From: Thermoplasmatota archaeon
Lineage (GTDB): Archaea > Thermoplasmatota > Thermoplasmata > UBA10834
Assembly (NCBI GenBank): GCA_963818745.1
Contig: CAWFTI010000003.1
Span: 77,212-141,211, forward strand
Direction: 5' to 3'
DNA: 64,000 bases
Both the position numbers and the translations under genes were made by a program. Positions 1 to 9,089 of the stretch are shown here, piece after piece (the first letter of the stretch is position 1; the number at the start of each line of letters is the position of its first letter). The notes below the pieces were generated by a model. The model saw nothing but the letters and a program-made list of their open reading frames with translations, was not told where the DNA came from and did no database searches.

Positions 1-945
1 TCGGGCACGACCGACATCTACGCCATGGGCCCGCTCCTCGAGGGCATGTTCGACTCGTTCGAGGGCTCGGACAAGGTCGTGCTGCTGGCGACCGTGCTCC
101 TGCTCGCCGGCCTCGGATTCAAGATCGCCACGGTGCCGTTCCACATGTGGGCCCCCGATGTGTACGAGGGCGCGCCGACCCCGGTGTCGGGCCTGCTCGC
201 GGCCGCTTCGAAGAAGATGGGCTTCGCCGCCCTGTTCAAGATATTCCTCGTGGGCATACTCGTCGTCAAGGCCGACTGGGAGGTCGCGGTCGCGCTGATC
301 GCGATAGTCACAATGACCGTCGGCAACCTGATCGCGGTCTCGCAGACCAACATCAAGCGCATGCTGGCGTACTCGTCCATCGCCCAGGCGGGGTACATAC
401 TGATCGCGCTGCCCGTGGGCACGCAGTACGCCGTCGCGGGCGCGATGTTCCACATACTCACGCACGCCTTCATGAAGTCAGGCGCGTTCATGGTCGTCGC
501 GGCGATGGCCTCGTGCGCCATAGGGGAGAAGCTGGACGATTTCAAGGGCCTGGCGAAGCGTTCGCCGTTCCTGGCGTTCTCGATGACGCTCTTCCTGTTC
601 TCCCTGGCGGGCATCCCGCCGCTCGCGGGCTTCGCGAGCAAGTTCGTGCTCTTCTCGTCGGCCGTGTACGGCTCGATCGACCCCGGCCCGTCCTGGCTGC
701 TGTGGCTGGCCGTCGCAGGAGTGCTCAACAGCGCCCTGTCCCTGTACTATTACGCCCGCGTGATCAAGTACATGTACATGGAGAAGGGCGCGAGCGAGGA
801 GAGGGTGAAGGTGCCTCCGATGACGACGGTCGCGATACTCTTCGCGCTCGCCATGACCGTGCTGCTCGGGATATACTTCGACGCGGTGGTCGACCTGTGC
901 ATGCAGGCGGCGGAGCTGTTCTCCGGGCTGCCGCCCGGCCTGTGA
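1..945 (+). CDS. nuoN: NADH-quinone / F420H2 oxidoreductase subunit N (NuoN/FpoN family), 3' part; the 5' end lies outside the window
   Basis: The frame is open from the window edge. ORF 25..945 carries the antiporter-like motif ATVPFHMWAPDVYEGAPTPVSG and multiple hydrophobic helices typical of complex I chain N. Confidence 0.85.
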   Translation, partial: SGTTDIYAMGPLLEGMFDSFEGSDKVVLLATVLLLAGLGFKIATVPFHMWAPDVYEGAPTPVSGLLAAASKKMGFAALFKIFLVGILVVKADWEVAVALIAIVTMTVGNLIAVSQTNIKRMLAYSSIAQAGYILIALPVGTQYAVAGAMFHILTHAFMKSGAFMVVAAMASCAIGEKLDDFKGLAKRSPFLAFSMTLFLFSLAGIPPLAGFASKFVLFSSAVYGSIDPGPSWLLWLAVAGVLNSALSLYYYARVIKYMYMEKGASEERVKVPPMTTVAILFALAMTVLLGIYFDAVVDLCMQAAELFSGLPPGL

Positions 946-951
946 GGCTTC

Positions 952-1884
952 CTACAGGAGCCCGGCGGCGATGTACCCGACCACCAGCAGCACGCCCACG
1001 AGCAGATGCACCTGGATGGTCATCGCCTGCGCGGGCACGAGATCTCTGAAGTCCTTCCGCTTCTCGAGCACGACCTTGACCGCCTTCACTGCGATCACGG
1101 CGGGCACGAGCCCGACGAGCGCCCACAGGGGATAGATGTCCGCGAGCCAGAGCCCAACGATCGTGAGGAAGGTCGCTGCCATGAGGCAGGCGTACCAGAC
1201 CGATGCCTGCTCCAGCCCCATCCTGACGACCCAGTGGGTCTTCCCCACGGACCCGTCGGCCTCCATGTCCGGGAACTGGTTGATGAAGAGCACGAGCCCT
1301 ATCAGGAACCCGACCGGGAGGCCTGCGAGCACGACCGGCCAGCTGAACTCCCCGGTCTGCACGACGTACGCCCCCGCGATGACCAGCGGGCCGAACCCCA
1401 GGCCGACCGCCACCTCTCCGATGCCCAGGGCCGCGAGGTTCACCTTCGGGGATGTGTAGAAGTACCCCAGGAAGACCCCGAGCAGGCCGAGGACGAGTAT
1501 GATGTACGATACCTCGTACGCGAGGTACAGGCCGATCAAGGATCCGAGGGTGAAGAAAATCACGGCTCCCGTGTACACCTGCTTAGGCGTCAGCACGCCC
1601 TCCACGATGAACGGGCTGCCTCCGTTGAACGGGCTCTTGTTCCTGTTGACCCTGTCCGTGCCGCTCCTGTAGTCGAAGTAGTCGTTGACGACGTTCGTCC
1701 CCGCGTGTATGAACACCACTCCTAGCAGTGCCAAGCCGAACAGGAGCAGGTCAAAGACCTGCTTCTCGTACCACGCGATCGCGGTCCCGAGGACCACGGG
1801 CACTATCGTGGCCGTGAAGAACGGGGCTCGCACCTCGACGAACCATATCTTCAGCTTCGCGGCCGATGTCAGGGGTTCGGTCAT
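952..1884 (-). CDS. UbiA-family prenyltransferase, MenA-like (1,4-dihydroxy-2-naphthoate polyprenyltransferase-like)
   Basis: ORF 952..2040 contains NVVNDYFDYRSGTD (the Asp-rich NDxxDxxxG/D motif of UbiA/MenA) and 8-9 TM helices. I prefer the internal ATG at 1884 (MTEPLTSAAKLKIWF) because an AT-rich TATA-like element lies about 30 nt upstream. The longer start at 2040 is not excluded. Confidence 0.75.
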   Translation of the reverse strand: MTEPLTSAAKLKIWFVEVRAPFFTATIVPVVLGTAIAWYEKQVFDLLLFGLALLGVVFIHAGTNVVNDYFDYRSGTDRVNRNKSPFNGGSPFIVEGVLTPKQVYTGAVIFFTLGSLIGLYLAYEVSYIILVLGLLGVFLGYFYTSPKVNLAALGIGEVAVGLGFGPLVIAGAYVVQTGEFSWPVVLAGLPVGFLIGLVLFINQFPDMEADGSVGKTHWVVRMGLEQASVWYACLMAATFLTIVGLWLADIYPLWALVGLVPAVIAVKAVKVVLEKRKDFRDLVPAQAMTIQVHLLVGVLLVVGYIAAGLL

Positions 1885-1913
1885 CGTAATCGTGACGTCA
1901 ACCTCCGAACTTG

Positions 1914-1921
1914 GATATATA
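1914..1921 (-). promoter_or_regulatory. TATA-like element upstream of the UbiA-family gene
   Basis: atatatat sits in an otherwise GC-rich divergent intergenic region, about 30-37 nt upstream of the ATG at 1884. Confidence 0.3.
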
Positions 1922-2040
1922 TCATGCTGCCCGTGCATCGAAGCTCCGAGGGCTCCGAAACCGCGGGTAGCCAGCATGTCTGATTCCCCCCTGTTTCCGC
2001 GCAGCCAGAAACCATTAGGGTTAAGTAGATATTGGGGCAT

Positions 2041-3024
2041 ATGCGACAGCCGATGAGTACTTCCCCGTGGGATTTTGGCATCGTTAAGGAGCTTCGGGAG
2101 GTCGATGAGAAGCTCCGCCAGGTCGTCAGGTCAGAGGAGCAGACGCTCACTGATGCCTCCCTTCACGTGATCGACGCGGGCGGGAAGAGGATCCGGCCGA
2201 CGGTGACGGTCCTGTCGTACAAGAGCCTCGGGGGGAAGGACTCCGAGAAGATCGTCGACATCGCCGCGGGGTTCGAGCTGATACACTCCGCCACGCTGAT
2301 CCACGACGACATCAACGACGGAGGGGTCACGAGGCGCGGCCGGCCAACCGTGTACAAGAAGTACGGCCTCCACAACGCCATCGTCACCGGGGACTTCCTG
2401 TTCGTGAAGGCCTTCTCGCTGGGCGGCATGTTCGACAAGACCGTCGTGCAGACCACCTCGGACGCGTGCGCGAAGCTCGCCGAGGGGGAGATCATGCAGG
2501 CCAGGTTCAGGCACACATCCGAACTCACGGTCGACAAATACATCCAGATAATGCAGAGGAAGACCGCCGAGCCCCTGAGGGCGGGCGCGATGGTGGGCGC
2601 GTACCTCGCGGGAGGCACCCCGGACGAGATACAGTCCTTGGGGACATACGGCCTCAACCTCGGCATAGCGTTCCAGATCACAGACGACATACTCGATTTC
2701 ACCGGGGACGAGGCGAAGACCGGCAAGACCCCAGGCGCGGACCTCAAGGAGGGCTACCTGACGCTGCCCACCCTGCTCGCGATGAAGGGCTCGGAGGAGG
2801 CGAGGCATGCGGTCGCCGACATCGTGAAGCTCGAATCGCCTTCCGCCGAAGCGGTCGCGAGGTGCATCGAGCTCGTCAGGTCTTCGGGTGCGGTCGAGAA
2901 GGCCAAGGGCATGGGCGAGTACTACGGCATGGAGGCCCTCCAGAGCCTCGGGTGCCTCCAGAACAATCCGCATAGCCAGGCGCTCCGAGACCTCGTCCGG
3001 AGAGTGCTCGACAGGGAGAGTTAG
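2041..3024 (+). CDS. Trans-polyprenyl diphosphate synthase (IdsA/HepT family)
   Basis: Two Asp-rich motifs (LIHDDINDGGVTRRG and FQITDDILDF). The start is ambiguous (TTG 2032, ATG 2041 or ATG 2053). Confidence 0.85.
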   Translation: MRQPMSTSPWDFGIVKELREVDEKLRQVVRSEEQTLTDASLHVIDAGGKRIRPTVTVLSYKSLGGKDSEKIVDIAAGFELIHSATLIHDDINDGGVTRRGRPTVYKKYGLHNAIVTGDFLFVKAFSLGGMFDKTVVQTTSDACAKLAEGEIMQARFRHTSELTVDKYIQIMQRKTAEPLRAGAMVGAYLAGGTPDEIQSLGTYGLNLGIAFQITDDILDFTGDEAKTGKTPGADLKEGYLTLPTLLAMKGSEEARHAVADIVKLESPSAEAVARCIELVRSSGAVEKAKGMGEYYGMEALQSLGCLQNNPHSQALRDLVRRVLDRES

Positions 3025-3032
3025 GTGTTTCC

Positions 3033-3758
3033 ATGGACCACAGGGGCATGACAGGCAAGGAATGGCTGGATGTCATCGAGGCGATGGAAGAGGTGACCCC
3101 CTACTACGACCGCGTCAACTCGCTCATAACCTTCGGGCTCGCGGACAAGTGGAGGAAGGAGGTCGCCTCGCTCGCGGACGAGGACGATGTCGTGCTCGAG
3201 GTCGGGTCGGGGCCCGGGGCGTTCGCGAAGCACCTCAAGGCGAAGACGGTGTTCTGCCTGGAACCATCGGGCCAGATGGCGTCCTATTCGCGCGGGCTGC
3301 TCGACGGCGAGAGGGTCAGCATGATCCGGGGCGTCGGCGAGAAGGTGCCTTTGGCTGATGAGTCCGTCGACAAGGTGTTCTGCGTGTTCTCTTTCAGGGA
3401 TTTCTTCGACAGGGGCGCGGGGACGAAGGAGATATTCCGCGTGCTCAGGCCAGGAGGGCAGGTGCACCTCGTTGATGTCGCGAAGCCCCCGCCGGGGCCC
3501 CTCGCGAAACTGCTCGAGATGCACGTCAGGCACGTTGTGCCCGCGCTCGCGCGCGTGGCTGTCGGTCCCGAGGTCCGCAGGAGATGGGCGAACGACCCCT
3601 ACCGGACCTTCGTCGATACCTACCGGGCGTTCGGGTTCACCACGGTGTACGAGAACCTCCTCAAGGGCAGCGGGTTCTCGGACGTGTCGACAGACTTCCT
3701 CAAGCTCAAGGGCGCGACCATGACCCGGGGGAAGAAGCCTTGCGAGTCGATGTCCTGA
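3033..3758 (+). CDS. ubiE: UbiE/MenG (COQ5) family SAM-dependent methyltransferase (demethylmenaquinone methyltransferase-like)
   Basis: YYDRVNSLITFGLADKWRK and VLEVGSGPG motifs, family-typical length, and position beside the prenyltransferase and polyprenyl synthase. Confidence 0.75.
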   Translation: MDHRGMTGKEWLDVIEAMEEVTPYYDRVNSLITFGLADKWRKEVASLADEDDVVLEVGSGPGAFAKHLKAKTVFCLEPSGQMASYSRGLLDGERVSMIRGVGEKVPLADESVDKVFCVFSFRDFFDRGAGTKEIFRVLRPGGQVHLVDVAKPPPGPLAKLLEMHVRHVVPALARVAVGPEVRRRWANDPYRTFVDTYRAFGFTTVYENLLKGSGFSDVSTDFLKLKGATMTRGKKPCESMS

Positions 3759-4816
3759 TCGTGGGCGCGGGCCCTGCAGGGAGCACCACCGCGAGGTTCT
3801 GCGCGGGCAAGGACCTCGATGTTCTGATGATCGACAGGCGGAAGGAGATAGGTTATCCCGTCCAGTGCGGGGAGCTCCTGCCGCACACGAAGGAGATGTA
3901 CTCCATATTCCCCAGGAGCGCGGACCTGGAGGAGCTGTTCACCATCGACGGCTCGCTGGTCGCGGGGGAGTCGGACCACATCGACCTCGTCTCCCCGAGG
4001 AACAGGACCTATCGATGCGATTTCAAGTCACATGTATTGGACAGGAGGTCGTTCGACAAGCACCTCGCGAAGCTCGCGGTCGAGGCGGGCGCGAGGCTGG
4101 AGACGGGCGCTTCCTTCATGTCCTTGAAGGACGGCGTGGCGACCACATCGCTGGGTGAGGTCACGGCGAAGGTCATCGTCGGCGCGGACGGCCCCAACTC
4201 CAGGACCGCCAGGCAGGCCGGTCTGTCCAATCCTGCGGTCCGATACCCTGCGATCACATGCCAGGCGAAAGGCGACTTCGAGCCCGATGTGAAGATGTTC
4301 TTCGGCAGTGTGGCTCCGGGGGGCTATGCCTGGGTAATACCCAAGGCGAGGGGAGCGAACGTGGGGGTCGGGTACAGCCCCGCGATGCTCTCCGGGACAC
4401 CCCGCGCGGCCTTCGATTCGTTCATCCGCAGGCTGGGGTGCGAGTACACCGACCTGACGATGGGTTTCGTCCCCATCTCCGGGCCCGTGCCCTCCACCGT
4501 CGCGGGCAACGTGCTGCTCGTGGGCGACGCCGCGGGTCATGTGATGGCGACAAACGGCGGCGGCATCCCGACCGCGATGATCGCTGGCAGGATCGCGGGA
4601 CGAACGATCCGCAGCCATCTGAAGGGAGAGGCGAACCTCGACGAGTATGAGAGCGGTTGGCGTGCTGTCATGGGCGGCCCTCTGAAGACCTCCTTGAAGA
4701 CCCGCAGGCTTGCGGATATGGTGTTCTCGAGGGACGGCACCCTCGAGCTGGCCATGCGGATGCTTGGTCGGAGAGGCCTTGACAGGGCGATCAGGTGCAA
4801 GCGAGCGCTCCTGTGA
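3740..4816 (+). CDS. Geranylgeranyl reductase family FAD-dependent oxidoreductase
   Basis: N-terminal dinucleotide fold VDVLIVGAGPAGS and the GDAAG motif (LLVGDAAGHV). The upstream part of ORF 3584..4816 overlaps ubiE out of frame, so I propose the TTG at 3740 as the start. Confidence 0.75.
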   Translation: MRVDVLIVGAGPAGSTTARFCAGKDLDVLMIDRRKEIGYPVQCGELLPHTKEMYSIFPRSADLEELFTIDGSLVAGESDHIDLVSPRNRTYRCDFKSHVLDRRSFDKHLAKLAVEAGARLETGASFMSLKDGVATTSLGEVTAKVIVGADGPNSRTARQAGLSNPAVRYPAITCQAKGDFEPDVKMFFGSVAPGGYAWVIPKARGANVGVGYSPAMLSGTPRAAFDSFIRRLGCEYTDLTMGFVPISGPVPSTVAGNVLLVGDAAGHVMATNGGGIPTAMIAGRIAGRTIRSHLKGEANLDEYESGWRAVMGGPLKTSLKTRRLADMVFSRDGTLELAMRMLGRRGLDRAIRCKRALL

Positions 4817-4877
4817 CGGGCATTCCGCGGGAGAATTTATTACCTGTCGTCGTCCTGATTACGTCGAGGAACGGGCG

Positions 4878-5333
4878 ATGAATTGTCCAGGATGCGGGGC
4901 GGACAACCTCGAAGGATCGAAGTTCTGCAGGAGCTGCGGGGGTGCGTTCGCTCCATATGGGGTGGACTATTCCAGACAAGGCACGAGCCAGGACGGGGAT
5001 TCCAGCTACTCATCGGATTCTTACAACGAAAGGAGGCGGGACCGCAGAAACTCCTTGTTCGTCGACATTCACTATGTTTCCACTGGTGTGGCAAGCCTGG
5101 TCGGCCTGGCCTTCCTGGGTATATACTCTCTCGGAAGGGCGCTCGATGAGCGCAGCGGCCTTCTGTTCCTGGCTGCCATTGCCTCTCTCGCGATGGCTGT
5201 CCTGATCTTCTATCGTCTGACGGTACAGGCGAGGGAGAATGGCATTCATGCCGACGACGGTATGGACGTGCTCACTACAGAAGAGGCCACAGAGGCCTGC
5301 CAGAATCTGTCGAGGCTCCCTCCGAGAAGGTAG
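4878..5333 (+). CDS. Zinc-ribbon membrane protein, function unknown
   Basis: MNCPGCGADNLEGSKFCRSCGG (double CxxC), a Ser/Asp-rich linker and two hydrophobic helices. ATG at 4878, with the AT-rich atttatta about 38 nt upstream. Confidence 0.55.
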   Translation: MNCPGCGADNLEGSKFCRSCGGAFAPYGVDYSRQGTSQDGDSSYSSDSYNERRRDRRNSLFVDIHYVSTGVASLVGLAFLGIYSLGRALDERSGLLFLAAIASLAMAVLIFYRLTVQARENGIHADDGMDVLTTEEATEACQNLSRLPPRR

Positions 5334-5391
5334 GCTCAGGTCGTGGTGAAGGCAATCCTAGACATCGTGCGCGACTTCTACCGGACGACCA

Positions 5392-5888
5392 TCATGTCCT
5401 GCTGAGTGTTGGCGGTCGCTTGCGCCTCATCTTCGTCGGGCGGCCGCACACGTCGCACTCCTTGATTTCTGGTCCTAGGATCTTCCCGCATCCGGTGCAC
5501 TTTGCCTCCCACACGAGGACCTTCGTGATGCCCTTCTGGTCGAAACCTCTGTAAGGCACACCAAGGACCGTGGCGAGGTTCTGTATCGAGTAATCGTCCG
5601 TAAGCAGCTGATAGCCAAGGTCCATCGCAAGGGCCAGTATCTCCTTGTCCGTCTCCGACAGCCTCGACGAGTCCCCCGTGTCCGCAGGGCCTCCTTCTCG
5701 ACCCTCTGCAGCGAGCGCTTCGTGGGGGATGACACCCTGATCCTGGTCGCCAGGAGCAGCTCCAGCCTCTCCCCCATGCCTTCCTTCTCCAGCTCGCGCA
5801 CGACCCCGGGGGAGATGACCAGCTCGTAGCCCGTCGGCAGGTCCTTGCCGTAGTAGAGCACGGATGTGTCGAGCACGAACCCCTTCAA
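5392..5888 (-). CDS. nob1: Nob1-like endonuclease (PIN domain + C-terminal zinc ribbon), reading frame interrupted once
   Basis: The N-terminal frame (5475..5888) reads MKGFVLDTSVLYYG...VEKEALRTRG. The C-terminal frame (5392..5625 and upstream) reads TGDSSRLSETDKEILALAMDLGYQLLTDDYSIQNLATVLGV...CTGCGK...CDVCGRP. The junction lies at the C5/G5 run near 5672-5676; one extra G would join the frames. Confidence 0.75.
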
Positions 5889-5898
5889 GTCCTGTCCC

Positions 5899-6526
5899 TC
5901 ACTCTATCTCCTTGGCGCCGTCCGCCTCTTCCTCCGCGAGCCGCTCGATGTCCACCCTGCTCTCCTCCTCCACCGCGACATCGAGCTTGCTGTAGGTCGA
6001 TGGTTTGCTCGGGCGCTATCGTGCAGCACAGCCCGGGCCTCGTGGAGATCTCGTATGTGCCTATCTCCTTCGCGATCCTCTCGATCTCCACCTTGTCGAA
6101 CCCTATCACAGGCCTCAGCACGGGCAGCCTGGTCGCACGCTCTTCAACGTAGATGTTGGTGAGCGTCTGGGAGGCCACCTGTCCCATGGATTCCCCGGTG
6201 ACGAGGCACCCGGCACCCGTCTTCGCTGCGAGCCTCTCGCCCACCCTGAACATCATCCGCCTGCACAGGACGCAGCTCATGTTGCGCTTGCAGTTCCTCG
6301 ACAGCTCCGTCTGTGACCTCCCGTGTGGCACGATGATCTTCTTGGACGTCCTGCCCAGAGCCTTGTCCAACCGCTTCATGAGGTCCAAGGCCTTGTCGAC
6401 CTCCGCGTCGCTCGTGTATGGTCGGTTGTCGAAGTGGACGAGGATGAGTTCCAGCCCCTGCCTGCCCATCAGGTATCCGGCGACGGGGGAGTCTATCCCT
6501 CCGGAGAGAAGAACGATTCCGCGCAA
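5899..6526 (-). CDS. thiI: ThiI-like PP-loop ATP pyrophosphatase domain protein (no THUMP domain), frame interrupted near the 3' end
   Basis: SGGIDSPVAG PP-loop, a CVLC pair and GLCCTIAP. After about 6004-6013 the +1 frame continues as KPSTYSKLDVAVEEEESRVDIERLAEEEADGAKEIE and stops at 5899-5901. The as-called ORF 5885..6526 ends in a Gly/Arg-rich out-of-frame tail. TTG start at 6526. Confidence 0.75.
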
Positions 6527-7531
6527 TCAATCACCGACGTATCTCGAGAACAGCGTTTTCGCAACCGACAGGTCCGTGGTCCCTCCCACGATGGTCCTCC
6601 CGTCCGGGAAGACCGTCAGGTCGGCGTCCTTCGCCTTGAACTTGAGTATGCCCTCCGTCAAGGTGACCTTCCCGGACCTCGAAAGCTTCTTCTTGAGGTC
6701 GGCGAGGTCTCCCTTCCTGGGCTTCGAGGGCACGATCTGGACCGCGTTCCTTCCGCACATTGAGACGACATACTTCCTCTTCTTGGCGTTCAGGAACTCG
6801 AAGTCCCTCTTCCCGCAGCAAGTGCAGTTCGGGTTCTTCTTGACCTTGATCCTCTGGAACTCGCCTGACCAGATGTCGATGACTGCGAGCTCCTTCGAGA
6901 CCGCCTTCCCGAGCATGACCTTGAACCCTTCCGTGGTCTCTACGGACGCGACCGCTGCCGGGAGCGTGTTGACGATCCCGACCGTGTCGCACGTGGGCAG
7001 TTCGCCGGGCTGAGGCGGGGAGGGGAACACGCATCTCAGGCACGGCCCGCCGGGCACGACCGGCAGGACCATGCCAGTGGTCCCGACCGCTCCCGCATAG
7101 ACCCAGGGGATGCCGTTCTTGACGCACGCGTCGTTCACGAGGAACCGGGTGTCCATGTTGTCGGTCGCGTCCAGGACCACATCGGCCCCTTCGACCAGCC
7201 TCTCGATGTTCGTATGGTTCACGTCCGCGACGATGCCTCTGACCTTGACGTCCGAATTGATCTTCTTCAGATATGCCTCGGCGACCTTGGCCTTCGGCCT
7301 CCCGACATCCTGCTCCGAGAAGAGCGTCTGTCTCTGAAGGTTGGACAGGTCCACGATGTCCCTGTCCACGAATGTGACCTCTCCGACGCCCGCCCTGACC
7401 AGGAACGACAGCACGTGGGTCCCCAGGGCGCCGCAGCCTATGACGACTGCTCTGCCCTTCGCGAGCTTCTTCTGCCCCCCTGCGCCTATCTCGGGCAGAA
7501 GGATCTGTCTGGAGTATCTGTTCTCTGTCAA
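6527..7531 (-). CDS. E1-like ThiF/MoeB/HesA family adenylyltransferase with a C-terminal extension
   Basis: YSRQILLPEIGAGGQKKL...VVIGCGALG nucleotide-binding fold, CxxC pairs (CLRC, CTCC), and an extra C-terminal domain of about 90 aa. The stop abuts the thiI-like start. Confidence 0.8.
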   Translation of the reverse strand: MTENRYSRQILLPEIGAGGQKKLAKGRAVVIGCGALGTHVLSFLVRAGVGEVTFVDRDIVDLSNLQRQTLFSEQDVGRPKAKVAEAYLKKINSDVKVRGIVADVNHTNIERLVEGADVVLDATDNMDTRFLVNDACVKNGIPWVYAGAVGTTGMVLPVVPGGPCLRCVFPSPPQPGELPTCDTVGIVNTLPAAVASVETTEGFKVMLGKAVSKELAVIDIWSGEFQRIKVKKNPNCTCCGKRDFEFLNAKKRKYVVSMCGRNAVQIVPSKPRKGDLADLKKKLSRSGKVTLTEGILKFKAKDADLTVFPDGRTIVGGTTDLSVAKTLFSRYVGD

Positions 7532-7580
7532 CGCGGGTGGAATAGGTGCTGGCGGTATTAAGCCCTTTCAGGCGCCTGGC

Positions 7581-8795
7581 TCATCTGAACCTGTAGTCCA
7601 TGTCGAACTGGTCCCTGAACCGCCTGACCCTCTTCCTGACATCCTCGCCCTTGGCGCCGTCCATGAACATGTCCGCCAGCTCAGGCATGTGCTTCTCCTT
7701 CACACCAAGGCGTGTGATCTCGCACGTGCCCAGCCTCCCGACGGAGTCGGTGATCAGGTTGGTCTTCTCCAGCCTGACCGAGAAGTCGTTCATCGAGAGC
7801 CCGAAGATCGCCTCCAGCTCCTTCTGGTCGATGTGCAGCTGGTGCGATCTCGAGAACCCCAGGTGCTCGTACAGCAGCGGGAACCCGCGCTCCGAGAGCT
7901 CCCTGCCGAGCCTCTGGGAGTTCTTCACCACCTGCTTCGCGTACGCCGGCCCGAACCTCTCGAACTCGAGGAGCGCCTGGCCGAGGGCGGCCACCCTGTT
8001 CCAGTGGACGTTGTCCACGATCCTCCATGTGAGGTTCTTCCTGACGGCCTCGTCCATGTCCTTGCTGTCCGTGACGATGAGCCCTCCCTGGGGCCCGAAG
8101 AAGCTCTTGTGGGTGGAGCCGTAGAGCATGTCCGCACCCTCCTTGAGGGGCTGCTGGAACTCCCCGCCGGCGATGAGCCCCAGGACGTGGGACCCGTCGT
8201 AGATGAGATAGGATCCAGCATCGTCGCACGCGTCCCTTATCGGGCCCATCTCGTACGGGAACAGGATGAACGACGCTCCGAGGACCACCAGCTTCGGTCT
8301 GCGCTTCCTGATGGCCGCTGCGGCCTTCTCGGTGTCGATGTTCTGGGATGCCTGGTCGAACGGGAGCGTCCATGCCTTCAGACCGTAGATGTCGGGTATG
8401 TACGGCCCGGCGTATCCGTCGTAGCCGCCGTTCTCCACCGGGATCGCGCACATGCCGTCCCCTCTCTCGGTGGTGGACTTGATCGCTATGAGGGCGGCTA
8501 TGTGCCCTCCCATCGGCTGCACGCAGGCGTACCTCGAGCGGAACACCTTCCGGCAGAGCTCCTCCGCCGAGGCCTCGACCTCGGTGGTGATCCTCGTGCC
8601 CCGGTAGGCGTTCTCAACGAACGCGCTCCCTTCGCCGGAGTTGATCGGGAGGGTGTACCTGTTGCCGAAGTCGGACGACAGGAGCGCCCTGACCTGCGGG
8701 CTGGCGGAGTTCTCGGAGGGCAGGAGGTTGATCGAGTCCTCGTTCCGCCACTTCTCCTGCTCCCTCATCCTGTCTAGAAAATACGTGCTCTTCAT
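7581..8795 (-). CDS. glyA: Serine hydroxymethyltransferase
   Basis: LLPSENSASPQV and the PLP-lysine motif STHKSFFGPQGG; full length, 404 aa. Confidence 0.9.
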   Translation of the reverse strand: MKSTYFLDRMREQEKWRNEDSINLLPSENSASPQVRALLSSDFGNRYTLPINSGEGSAFVENAYRGTRITTEVEASAEELCRKVFRSRYACVQPMGGHIAALIAIKSTTERGDGMCAIPVENGGYDGYAGPYIPDIYGLKAWTLPFDQASQNIDTEKAAAAIRKRRPKLVVLGASFILFPYEMGPIRDACDDAGSYLIYDGSHVLGLIAGGEFQQPLKEGADMLYGSTHKSFFGPQGGLIVTDSKDMDEAVRKNLTWRIVDNVHWNRVAALGQALLEFERFGPAYAKQVVKNSQRLGRELSERGFPLLYEHLGFSRSHQLHIDQKELEAIFGLSMNDFSVRLEKTNLITDSVGRLGTCEITRLGVKEKHMPELADMFMDGAKGEDVRKRVRRFRDQFDMDYRFR

Positions 8796-8845
8796 GGGAA
8801 AGACCCCCCTCGGAGGGGACGGAGGCGGCGCCTTTCAGCGCACCG

Positions 8846-9028
8846 TCAGTTGTAGATGTTGAACCGGTTTTCGCTGCCGGGGATGTTGGACCACTCGGAC
8901 TCTTCCTCTTCCTCGAGGTCCTCCTCCATCACGACATTGACCAGTACGTTGACTACTTCCTGAAGCTGCTTCAAGTCCTCTCGCAATCGTGTTAACTCGG
9001 CCAGAAGCTCCTTGTTATCCTCAGCCAA
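8846..9028 (-). CDS. Small acidic coiled-coil protein, hypothetical
   Basis: 60-codon ORF with genome-like GC3, a TTG start preceded by a G-rich SD-like stretch, and no recognisable family. Confidence 0.4.
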   Translation of the reverse strand: MAEDNKELLAELTRLREDLKQLQEVVNVLVNVVMEEDLEEEEESEWSNIPGSENRFNIYN

Positions 9029-9089
9029 AGCTGCCCCCCTTCTGTCTCAGTCGAGCTTAATGAACTCCCGCGATAAAGCGTTTGTGCCA

